From an uncultured Akkermansia sp. (lineage in GTDB: Bacteria > Verrucomicrobiota > Kiritimatiellia > RFP12 > JAAYNR01), in NCBI GenBank assembly GCA_964506575.1, contig CAZDLY010000002.1:64440-128439 (forward strand): a stretch of 64,000 nucleotides of DNA, in the 5' to 3' direction. This document shows, piece after piece, positions 49,992-58,565 of the stretch (within the stretch, counting starts at the first letter, position 1; every line of letters begins with the position of its first letter). The notes under the pieces are model-generated. The model saw nothing but the letters and a program-made list of their open reading frames with translations. It made no database searches and had not been told where the DNA came from. The position numbers and the translations under genes were made by a program.

Positions 49992-50153
49992 GTTTTCCTT
50001 GTCCCGTCCTGCGTTACGGCAATGAACTGCCTGTACTGGCCCTCAAGCAGACAGGCTGCAATTGACAGATCGGCAAATCCTCGGAGTTCTTTTCCCTAAT
50101 TATCCGCGATATTACCAATTGCCTCAGGGGCTAAATTCGACTAATATGGGTAA

Positions 50154-50855
50154 ATGAAGCTGTCAATAGTGATTCCTGTTTATAATGAAGTTGAGACGAT
50201 TCTTAGTCTTTTGCAAAGGGTTATTGATGCCCCTTCGTGTGGCCTTGACAAGGAAATCATTGTCATTAACGATTGTTCGACGGACGGGACTGATACGTTG
50301 TTAAACAACATGTCTATGAGCCATCCCGAGTGGCTAATAGCGCATCACACGGTTAATCAGGGAAAAGGAGCGGCGCTTCGAACAGGAATTAAGATGGCTA
50401 CTGGTGACTTGATTCTGATTCAAGATGCTGATTTAGAGTATAACCCCAAAGACTATCCACGGTTGCTGAACCCAATTTTGGAGGGCAACGCGGATGTCGT
50501 TTACGGATCGCGGTTTTTGGGTGGTGGTGAGCATCGAGTTGTGTTTTTCTGGCATTCGTTAGGTAATAAATTGTTAACGCTGTTGTCTAATATGATCACT
50601 GATTTAAACCTGACGGATATGGAGGTGTGCTATAAAGTTTTTAAAAAGGAAGTCTTGGCGGGGATCAGCATTGAAGAAGATCGGTTTGGTTTCGAGCCAG
50701 AGATAACAGCTAAAATAGCTAAACATAAAAAATGGAAAATCTATGAGGTGCCGATCTCCTATTACGGTCGCGCATATGAGGATGGGAAAAAAATCGGATG
50801 GCGAGATGGGTTCAGGGCCATTTGGTGTATCGCGAAATATGGATTCTTCCGATAA
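50154..50855 (+). CDS. Family 2 glycosyltransferase, polyprenyl-phosphate sugar synthase-like (Dpm1/ArnC/GtrB catalytic domain, no TM tail)
   Basis: [14 protein letters not shown]…INDCSTDGT…[10 protein letters not shown]…YGSRF pattern. 233 aa. Confidence 0.75.
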   Translation: MKLSIVIPVYNEVETILSLLQRVIDAPSCGLDKEIIVINDCSTDGTDTLLNNMSMSHPEWLIAHHTVNQGKGAALRTGIKMATGDLILIQDADLEYNPKDYPRLLNPILEGNADVVYGSRFLGGGEHRVVFFWHSLGNKLLTLLSNMITDLNLTDMEVCYKVFKKEVLAGISIEEDRFGFEPEITAKIAKHKKWKIYEVPISYYGRAYEDGKKIGWRDGFRAIWCIAKYGFFR

Positions 50856-50898
50856 ACACGGCCAGGCTTTCCACCCACGAATGTAGTCCGGACAAACG

Positions 50899-51966
50899 AT
50901 GAACAGACGAATCATATTCTACACGAGCACCCGCATCACCAAGGTCAAGGAGACGGACACCGCCGAGACGCACTTCGCGACATGGCCTTTCAGCCTGGGG
51001 GCGATCCGGTACAATCTCGAGAAACTGGGGTGGACGACACGCTATGTGACGTTGACGACGGCGAAAAGTCTCCTGCGCACAACCCGGCTCATCGACAGTT
51101 TCAAGCCGGACATCATCTATACTTACGGCAGCACGGTCGCGCTCAATCCACTCATCTGCAGGCCGTTTTGCCGCCACAAGGCCTTTCAGGTCATCCACGG
51201 CTGGGACGATGTTTACGGAGAGGTCTATGCGGAGGTTTTCGGAAAAATACCCGGTCTTTTCATGGATTGGATGGAGCGGCGCATCATCCAGAATTCCGAT
51301 GGCGTGGTGACGCTGAGTCACTACAATCTGGCACGGGGACGGGAATGGGGCGTTGAAAGCCATTACATTCCTAATGGCGCAGACGTGCCCGTGATTGATC
51401 CGGCACAGCGGACGATCAACCTCGCCGGGCGCTTCAATCTTGTTTATACAGGATCGACAGCGCGCTGGAAACGCACCGACGAAATTTGCGAAGCCATGCG
51501 CCATCTGCCAATGGACATCAAACTCTATATCACCGGTGACATCCATCCGTATTTGGAGCCATACCTGTCGGAGAACTGCATTTACCTGGGTTATGTTCCC
51601 AAGCAGGTTCAACTGAATGTCATGGCGCAAGCGGACGCTTTTGTCGTGACCGCCGACCAGGACTGTAACGCCAAACTTCAGGAGTATCTCCGATTCAAGA
51701 AGCCCATCCTCGGCTATGACGGACGACTCAACCGCTTCTTCACAAACGGCCGCAATGCCCTGCTGACCCGCGACTACGCGGCTTCCATCCGGCGCCTGGT
51801 CGACGACCCCGAGCTCAGGCAGTCCCTGGCCGACAACGCCGCGAAAGACATCCCCGTCTACACATGGCTGGAGATCGCGCAACAGTTCGACGCCTATCTG
51901 TCAAGCACTGCGCAAATGATCCAGACCGGCAACACCTCACATGAACCTTTCCGAGAAAGCCAATGA
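50899..51966 (+). CDS. Glycosyltransferase (GT-B, GT4-like)
   Basis: GT-B-like layout with an IPNGAD motif and a C-terminal nucleotide-binding half. The antisense ORF at 50812..51882 is Arg/Gly/Val-rich and is treated as a shadow. Confidence 0.65.
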   Translation: MNRRIIFYTSTRITKVKETDTAETHFATWPFSLGAIRYNLEKLGWTTRYVTLTTAKSLLRTTRLIDSFKPDIIYTYGSTVALNPLICRPFCRHKAFQVIHGWDDVYGEVYAEVFGKIPGLFMDWMERRIIQNSDGVVTLSHYNLARGREWGVESHYIPNGADVPVIDPAQRTINLAGRFNLVYTGSTARWKRTDEICEAMRHLPMDIKLYITGDIHPYLEPYLSENCIYLGYVPKQVQLNVMAQADAFVVTADQDCNAKLQEYLRFKKPILGYDGRLNRFFTNGRNALLTRDYAASIRRLVDDPELRQSLADNAAKDIPVYTWLEIAQQFDAYLSSTAQMIQTGNTSHEPFRESQ

Positions 51967-53018
51967 CCACATCCGCTCCACGGCAGAAACTGCTCCTCTT
52001 TGATCACGCCTGCCATGCGTCAACGCAATCGGCACGCTTCTTCAATGATGTGATGGCTTCCGGATTTGACCTAACCGTACACACGTATGACCGCTTCTAT
52101 CGATGCGGCGTCCCGCTCAAGACGGCGCAGACATATGATTTTCTCGTCTATTTTGAATTCTTGCCCGGTCGCCTCCAACTATTTTACCCTCATACGCGAT
52201 CTATCTATGTCCCGATGTATGACAATGAGTGGGGATCGAAATGGCGCTGGCGGCGCTTGGCGTTGGCAGGGATACCCATCGTTTCTTTTTGTTCACGCGT
52301 ATCTCAGTTCGCACGCGCACACGGAATAACCCGCTGCCTTGATGTCCGCTTTTTTCCAGACCCGGCGCCGTTCATCGACATGGCAGGCGATCCTCAGATT
52401 GTATTGCTATGGGAGCGGGGTCAAATTTCATTTGAAACGGTAAAAGCTCTGTTCCGCCCGCATGATCTAAAAAAAGTCATCTTGCTGCGTCATCCGGAGG
52501 AGCGACTGTCTTACCGTCCTATTTCTGAATCTGACATTCTGGCTTATCATGTCGATATTGTTGACACATCCTTTCTGCCTTTTCGTCAATACCTCGAAGT
52601 GATGAGACCGGCTGGAACCGTGATCGCCCCCAGAAAGAGAGAGGGCATCGGAATGGCGTTTCTGGAGGCTATGGCGATGCGCAAGTGTGTTATTGGTCAT
52701 CAAGACGCCACGATGGACGAATACATCAAACACGGTCATAACGGCCTTTTGTTTGACGCAGACGCACCCCGCCCGATCTCCATCGACGAGGTCATACGCA
52801 TCCACAAAAACCTGCCGGATCCAGCCACGCATTACGCACGCTGGACTGAGGATAGAAGCAAGATCGTTCCTTTCATCCAAGCCACCTCGCAGATCATGCC
52901 TCCGCCTTTGCGCAAGAAATTGGACTTCCTCTACTATCTTTTTTTTGTTGTTGAAACGCTGCTGTTCCGCATGGGGCAGTCGGGTTCCATGCCCCCCAGG
53001 GGTCCGCGCACGCCATGA
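51963..53018 (+). CDS. Glycosyltransferase (GT-B, GT4-like C-terminal half)
   Basis: EGIGMAFLEAMAMRKCVIGHQDATMDEYIKHGHNGLLF resembles the GT4 EX7E region. It overlaps the upstream gene by 4 nt. Confidence 0.6.
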   Translation: MTTSAPRQKLLLFDHACHASTQSARFFNDVMASGFDLTVHTYDRFYRCGVPLKTAQTYDFLVYFEFLPGRLQLFYPHTRSIYVPMYDNEWGSKWRWRRLALAGIPIVSFCSRVSQFARAHGITRCLDVRFFPDPAPFIDMAGDPQIVLLWERGQISFETVKALFRPHDLKKVILLRHPEERLSYRPISESDILAYHVDIVDTSFLPFRQYLEVMRPAGTVIAPRKREGIGMAFLEAMAMRKCVIGHQDATMDEYIKHGHNGLLFDADAPRPISIDEVIRIHKNLPDPATHYARWTEDRSKIVPFIQATSQIMPPPLRKKLDFLYYLFFVVETLLFRMGQSGSMPPRGPRTP

Positions 53019-53827
53019 CTGTCAAAACATGCCCCATCGATGGCTCCGCCATGGACGACGTCTTCTCGGCACGCGTTCTTTCGAAGCATGTGGTGCGCTA
53101 CTACCAATGTCCGCGGTGCCGTTTGCTCCAAACCGAGACGCCTTATTGGCTGGAAGACGCCTACCGCGAGTCATACACAAGCGCCGATACCGGGCTGGCC
53201 GCGCGAAGTCTGCACAATCGGCTGCGGCTTGAGGCCGCGTTGCATCTGCTTTTCGCGGCCAAGGGGCGCTATCTGGACGTGGGCGGCGGCTGTGGCCTCT
53301 TTACCCGACTGATGCGCGATATCGGTTTTGACTGCTACACGACTGATAAATACGCACGTAATCTGCTCGCTAGAGACTACGAGCCCAATGACTCGTTCAA
53401 GGCCACGGCTCTTTTCGCATTCGAGGTGCTGGAGCACGTGGTCAGCCCCCGGGAGTTTCTGACCGAGATGTTTGAGAAATATGCTTGTCGTACGCTTTTT
53501 TTCACAACAGAGACTTTTACGGAGAAAGCACCCGGTCTTGAATGGCCGTACTATGGGTTTCATCACGGACAGCACGTCTCGTTCTATGCAGACGAGACAT
53601 TGGATGGTCTTGCGGCCTCGTTGGGGTGCCGACATATGCACCTATTTTCGGATCTTCACCTCATCACACCTCTACAAATGAGCCCTTTGCAACGTTTTCT
53701 TTTGACGCACCGGTTGCCCTATTTTGCGTATGCGCTTGTTGTTCGCGCCAGAAGATGGGGCTGTAGCAAGACCCAATCCGACTCTCAGGCGGCCGCCGGA
53801 CCACCGCCCCAGCCTATGAAATCGTGA
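53015..53827 (+). CDS. Class I SAM-dependent methyltransferase with N-terminal Zn-ribbon-like CP…CPRC
   Basis: CPIDGS…CPRCRLLQ followed by YLDVGGGCGLF motif I and FAFEVLEHV. Confidence 0.75.
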   Translation: MTVKTCPIDGSAMDDVFSARVLSKHVVRYYQCPRCRLLQTETPYWLEDAYRESYTSADTGLAARSLHNRLRLEAALHLLFAAKGRYLDVGGGCGLFTRLMRDIGFDCYTTDKYARNLLARDYEPNDSFKATALFAFEVLEHVVSPREFLTEMFEKYACRTLFFTTETFTEKAPGLEWPYYGFHHGQHVSFYADETLDGLAASLGCRHMHLFSDLHLITPLQMSPLQRFLLTHRLPYFAYALVVRARRWGCSKTQSDSQAAAGPPPQPMKS

Positions 53828-54756
53828 GAACCATGCAGCCGATATCCCCCGTGCTAATCATGGCCTACAACAGGCCCAAGCAATGCGCAGCCGTCTTCGA
53901 GGCGCTGCGCATGCATAGGCCCCGGCAGCTTTTCTTTGCCGTGGACGGACCCCGGATATCCTGTTCGACCGACCGGGAAGCATGCCTGGCCACACGGGAA
54001 CTCGTCCGCTTGGTGGACTGGCCCTGTACCGTCCACACGTTCTTCCGCGAAACAAACCGGGGGTGCAAGCATGCCCCACCCGAAGCCATCAGTTGGTTCT
54101 TTGAGCACGTGCCGGCCGGAATCATCCTTGAGGATGATTGCGTGCCAACGGCAGATTTTCTTGCCTTCGCCAGCGAACTTCTGGACCGCTATTCCGCCGA
54201 CGAGCGCATCGGCATGATCAGCGGCAACAACCATTTCCGTTTTCAGACAGACCGCTCTGCGGCCTACCACTTTTCGCAACACGCCTCAATCTGGGGGTGG
54301 GCAACGTGGCGGCGGTCCTGGCAACTCTACGACATTGACATGAAACCTTATGTGACCAATCTAGCTTCCATTCGAGAGCGTCTGGGCCACTCTGAACGCT
54401 ATCGCGCCTACTGGTGGCGGTACGTTGAGGCGATACAAAAGGGCATGAATACTTGGGATATCCAATGGATGATTGCCTTGCGCGCAAACGACAGGCTGGT
54501 CATTCGACCGATCTGTAACCTGGTTTCAAATATCGGTTTCACGTCGGACTCAACACACACGACCTTCGAATATGGCGCCGACAACTACCTGCGCACGCAG
54601 TCGCTCACTTTTCCTCTTGTCCACCCACCCACCATCACCCTTGACGATTCCGCTGACCGGCAATACGAAGCGCGCGTCACCTCCTATTGGCGCCGCGGGT
54701 TGACGTTCGCTGGCTCCAGAACCAAAAACCTTGTAAGATGTGTTTTGGGCCACTAA
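53824..54756 (+). CDS. Nucleotide-diphospho-sugar transferase-like protein (GT-A fold candidate)
   Basis: VLIMAYNRP…FFAVDGP…IILEDDCVP (EDD motif). The family is not securely recognised. Confidence 0.5.
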   Translation: MRTMQPISPVLIMAYNRPKQCAAVFEALRMHRPRQLFFAVDGPRISCSTDREACLATRELVRLVDWPCTVHTFFRETNRGCKHAPPEAISWFFEHVPAGIILEDDCVPTADFLAFASELLDRYSADERIGMISGNNHFRFQTDRSAAYHFSQHASIWGWATWRRSWQLYDIDMKPYVTNLASIRERLGHSERYRAYWWRYVEAIQKGMNTWDIQWMIALRANDRLVIRPICNLVSNIGFTSDSTHTTFEYGADNYLRTQSLTFPLVHPPTITLDDSADRQYEARVTSYWRRGLTFAGSRTKNLVRCVLGH

Positions 54757-54807
54757 CAGAAATACCACGACACATCATTGCATCGAGGAATCTGAATTGG
54801 CACAACC

Positions 54808-55857
54808 TTACGCAGACTGCCGTAATTCCTTAATGCGGTTAATAATCAGGCGGATCGTTATCAAGAAGTGGTGGCTAAAATGCTTCCTGGGTGTGCAAAA
54901 CTGCACAAGCAGCGAAATCGGATCTTTAGCAATAGCTGTTTGCTTGAACCACTTCCACCACACAATAAAATTCCTATGAGCAAGGCATCCCAGCGGATAC
55001 CAAGGTTTCGGCAACCCTGGAAAATGCAGAATGGTTCTTTCCATATCGATTGCACTGACCGCGTCATATTGTGGAAACAAAAGACGGTTCCAAGAATCGT
55101 CCAATGATTGGACACTGCCGCCGAGTACAAGGTTCAGCACAGTTTGGTCAGGACATAATAAAGAATCGTTTTCGAATTTCTTAAAATATAGCAAACAACA
55201 TGATTCGACCTGCATGACACGCCATTTTGCTAATGAAGCAAAGAAAATGCCGGAATGAAAATAATTGCAAGCCTGCTGCTCAGATGCGAGTGCAGCACTC
55301 AGAATGGCATAATCCGGAGAATGCTCTTGAAGAGAAGTCATATTTGCCATTATTGCTGAGTCATTATCGGTCAAACCGAGAAGTTCATTTACATCTCGCA
55401 AGACAAGCAAATCACAATCCAAATATAGACAATAATCGTAGTCTGAAAGAAGTGTTGCAAGAAATATTCTTGCGTTTGCCGTCATGTTCCCGTGAAACGA
55501 AGGAATACCGACAGGCCAAGAGATGGATAGTTCTTTAATCTCAAAAGTGTGAAAACTTCCCGACTTTGACACAGTCTGGAAGAGTAATCTCTTTTCGCGC
55601 TTCGTTAGTTTGTCAGAAAACACAATAACATGTAATGGCTTCGATTTGGCATAGTATAATAACGAAGCTAAAGCTGCATGTAGCCCACATAGCATCCATC
55701 GGTCTGAAAAAAACACGACCGTCAACTTTTGTTGATTGATATACACACGAAACTCCAAACTTTCTACACAATGAGCAGTGGTCACAGAACTACGCCAAAT
55801 GGTTGGATCTGGGCGGCACGCCTTACCATCCGCAACCCGCGTCGGTGGGCGATTCAT
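54808..55857 (-). CDS. Glycosyltransferase family 8
   Basis: VVFFSDRWMLCGLHAALASLL N-terminus, YLDCDLLVLRDVNEL DxD region and a later HFPGLPKPW motif. The start is uncertain because the first ~40 codons are GC-richer than the rest. Confidence 0.7.
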   Translation of the reverse strand: MNRPPTRVADGKACRPDPTIWRSSVTTAHCVESLEFRVYINQQKLTVVFFSDRWMLCGLHAALASLLYYAKSKPLHVIVFSDKLTKREKRLLFQTVSKSGSFHTFEIKELSISWPVGIPSFHGNMTANARIFLATLLSDYDYCLYLDCDLLVLRDVNELLGLTDNDSAIMANMTSLQEHSPDYAILSAALASEQQACNYFHSGIFFASLAKWRVMQVESCCLLYFKKFENDSLLCPDQTVLNLVLGGSVQSLDDSWNRLLFPQYDAVSAIDMERTILHFPGLPKPWYPLGCLAHRNFIVWWKWFKQTAIAKDPISLLVQFCTPRKHFSHHFLITIRLIINRIKELRQSA

Positions 55858-55940
55858 GCAGAAATCTGCTGCGGTGGCTCCTTAATCCGCTTATTGTGAG
55901 TATGCGACGCAACCGCTCATGATGCTTGATTCTCATGGGG

Positions 55941-56630
55941 CTAGCCCGGATTTGCTGTGTCATTACCGGTATCCAGAGAGTCCTGCCTCATGACCCAACC
56001 ATGCACGGTTTTCGCCAATCCGATACGGTCAAACCATACCATCGCATGCCGGAAGAGATCGTGCCGGGAACATGTTCGCCACGATTTCTCCTCGCACGAC
56101 CGATTGATTCGAATGTTCATCATGACATATTTGTCCGTTCTGACAACATGCTTCTCAAGCGGGTTCAGATGATCAAAGTACCTTTCGCTGATGTAGGCGC
56201 GATGCGTTTCCAGTGAGTTGCCATAGACCGCATTCTGGCTGACGTCAAATAAAGGCACAACCAGTATAATTTCATTGAACCATTTTCGTGCTTGGCGGAG
56301 TGTCTGGAAAATCTCACGCCTACTCAAATGCTCTAACACATCGCCAAAAATAGCGAGATCGTATTGCCGAGTGTTTGAGGCCAGCCACTCGCCGATTAAT
56401 GCACAGCAAGCCACATCATAATCCTTGTTCCGGCTCAAATACTCAGCGGTCTTCACAAAACCATCGACGGCCGTAATATGGCAGTCCTTGCCACGAACGG
56501 CACGTATGAGGCGCCCATATTTGCCCGCCCCCGCACCAAAATCAACGACGCGAGCCGGAGCCACGGACTGAATCTGGGCTTGAGATATGTAATCCAGTGT
56601 CGTATCGCTTGACCCCAAGTCTTGCACCAT
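55941..56630 (-). CDS. Class I SAM-dependent methyltransferase
   Basis: VVDFGAGAGKYG motif I and DLAIFGDVLEHL. The start at MVQDLG is preceded by GGAAGGAG. Confidence 0.8.
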   Translation of the reverse strand: MVQDLGSSDTTLDYISQAQIQSVAPARVVDFGAGAGKYGRLIRAVRGKDCHITAVDGFVKTAEYLSRNKDYDVACCALIGEWLASNTRQYDLAIFGDVLEHLSRREIFQTLRQARKWFNEIILVVPLFDVSQNAVYGNSLETHRAYISERYFDHLNPLEKHVVRTDKYVMMNIRINRSCEEKSWRTCSRHDLFRHAMVWFDRIGLAKTVHGWVMRQDSLDTGNDTANPG

Positions 56631-56634
56631 CACT

Positions 56635-58014
56635 TTACTCCTTCCGATGCGCCAACTCTCCGTGCCTCGATAGTCGTTGCGCCACAATCTGGGCACCCAT
56701 GCAGACCAGAACGGTCAGCGTGCTCCACAGCATCACACCCAACACAAACTCAAGTCTGGAAGGATTGAGCGCATCGACCCATCGGATCCAAGACGCAGGG
56801 ACCCATGGCGCGAAGAACGAAAACCCGGTGATCCCGTAAAGGAAAAGGGATTCGATCATCGTGATCGCGCCCGAATACCAGTAAAACCCAAAGCGGGCAT
56901 GTGCAATCTCATGAGACATAAAGCAGTTGATGGCGCTGCGCATGGCAATGATCACGGTCAGGAGGGCCAGATGCGGCGCAAAGGCCGCATAGGGACGCCA
57001 TGCGGGTGTCAGATTCAACAGCGGGCCGCCCCATAGCCGGAAAGCAAGCGCCAACAGGCTGCCAGCCAACAATGCGCCAGACATGCTCTGCAGGATCAGT
57101 TTGTGCGAGCGTTTACCCTTCTCGTGCTGTTCAGACGCCAGTGGGAACATGACCACCATCATGCTGAGGCCAACGTAGGCCCCCATCTCGGCAAACCGTG
57201 AGATCATGTAGTACCCCGCAGAGTCAAGATCGGGCAACCGGTGCCGGATGACGAAGGCCTCCACAAGGCCTTGCGGCATTCCGCAAAGACTCCCCAGCAA
57301 GACCGGCCATGCAAACCGCAACATGCTGCCTCCGTCCTCACGAAGATAGGGCATTGCCCTGAGTCGCTTGTTGAACAGGATCGTTCTGAGACCGAACAGC
57401 GCCGCCCCGATGCCGTAAAGTGTCGGCACGATCTGCCCGACAAAGTAGCCAGAGAGCGCGCGGATCGGCAGAACTATCAACAGGGTTACCAAACGCAAGG
57501 GCGCCCCAATCAGACTTGACAGAGACAACACCTTGAAGTGTTTCAACGCCTGCAAGGCGTTAGTAAAGAATGTCGATGCGATCCCCAACACCCCAGAAGC
57601 AACCACCAGCATACCCAAACGACCGTCGGCCACACGCATCCGCTCAAAGACCAATGGCAAGAAGAAACGGGCATAGAGCATCACCGCGAAGAAGAAAATT
57701 GCCGCGAGGCAAAACACATCTCTGAGCAGACTCTTGACCTTGCCATATTCACCACGTACGGCAAACAGGTTGACATATTTGATAAACACAACCGCAAGAA
57801 TCGAGAGAGGAAAAGCCAATACACTCCCCACCTGTGCCAAAGGCAAGAGTGCGCCCAACTCCTCCTGCGGCACATACTTCGGCACCAGCCACAGCCCGAT
57901 AAAGGCGTTGATGGCGTCGCCAAGCCGCTGCACGATAAAAAAAACGGCCGTGTACCACCAGAGATCGCCGAGGCGGAGCTTGATCATCGCGAATATGGAT
58001 TGGATATTGGTCAT
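56635..58014 (-). CDS. Wzx-like oligosaccharide flippase (MOP superfamily)
   Basis: About 460 aa with about 12-14 TM helices and an N-terminus typical of polysaccharide biosynthesis flippases. The start was chosen at MTNIQSIF. Confidence 0.7.
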   Translation of the reverse strand: MTNIQSIFAMIKLRLGDLWWYTAVFFIVQRLGDAINAFIGLWLVPKYVPQEELGALLPLAQVGSVLAFPLSILAVVFIKYVNLFAVRGEYGKVKSLLRDVFCLAAIFFFAVMLYARFFLPLVFERMRVADGRLGMLVVASGVLGIASTFFTNALQALKHFKVLSLSSLIGAPLRLVTLLIVLPIRALSGYFVGQIVPTLYGIGAALFGLRTILFNKRLRAMPYLREDGGSMLRFAWPVLLGSLCGMPQGLVEAFVIRHRLPDLDSAGYYMISRFAEMGAYVGLSMMVVMFPLASEQHEKGKRSHKLILQSMSGALLAGSLLALAFRLWGGPLLNLTPAWRPYAAFAPHLALLTVIIAMRSAINCFMSHEIAHARFGFYWYSGAITMIESLFLYGITGFSFFAPWVPASWIRWVDALNPSRLEFVLGVMLWSTLTVLVCMGAQIVAQRLSRHGELAHRKE

Positions 58015-58036
58015 ACCTTTCAGAATGTCGTAGTGA

Positions 58037-58549
58037 TCAATCAGCGGTTTTGTAAATTTTGAATTCGATCTCATCCGTGGGCAGGCCCAGCCCATCCCAT
58101 TGGTTGGGAGCGATATTTGCGAGTTTGTTGAATAACCACGCCACCAGTCGTTGGGGATAATGAAAATTCAATTTAATCGTTACGTCCTTGAATAGTTGTT
58201 TTCCGTTCCAGAGATAAGGGAAAGAACTTACCAGAAGTTGAGGTGTATAAACACTAAAGGCGTACTTGTGAAGATGCCAAATAGCCACAGGCGCCCGGAA
58301 ATGAGGGACTTTTGCATGAAAGAGTCCGTCAGGCTTTAAAACCCGATGAGACTCCTTAATTGTTTTTTCGAAGTCATCGACATGCTCCAACCAGTGCTCT
58401 GAAAAGATTTCGTCAACCGAGTTATCCTCCCAGGGCCAGGGAAATTGATTCAGGTCGCACCGGAAGTCGGGATCTCCAAAGAGGTCAACATTCAGATACC
58501 CCTCTTTTTTCTTTGACCCGCAACCCAAATGAAGCCGTTGAGTAGTCAT
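58037..58549 (-). CDS. Class I SAM-dependent methyltransferase (Methyltransf_11-like)
   Basis: LHLGCGSKKKEGYLNVD and VDEIFSEHWLEHV…LKPDG. Confidence 0.8.
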   Translation of the reverse strand: MTTQRLHLGCGSKKKEGYLNVDLFGDPDFRCDLNQFPWPWEDNSVDEIFSEHWLEHVDDFEKTIKESHRVLKPDGLFHAKVPHFRAPVAIWHLHKYAFSVYTPQLLVSSFPYLWNGKQLFKDVTIKLNFHYPQRLVAWLFNKLANIAPNQWDGLGLPTDEIEFKIYKTAD

Positions 58550-58565
58550 GTCATGTAACCTTTCT

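Noticed and set aside
49905-50099. 64-aa proline-rich ORF (…PPVPPAPPPVF…).
   Set aside because: It is simply the translation of the poly-C tract in the intergenic region. It has no RBS and no coding-like composition.
50812-51882. 356-aa minus-strand ORF opposite the GT4-like gene at 50899..51966.
   Set aside because: The plus-strand product has a GT-B-like layout and continues the plus-strand operon with a 4-nt overlap to the next gene. The minus product has no motifs and a shadow-like composition.
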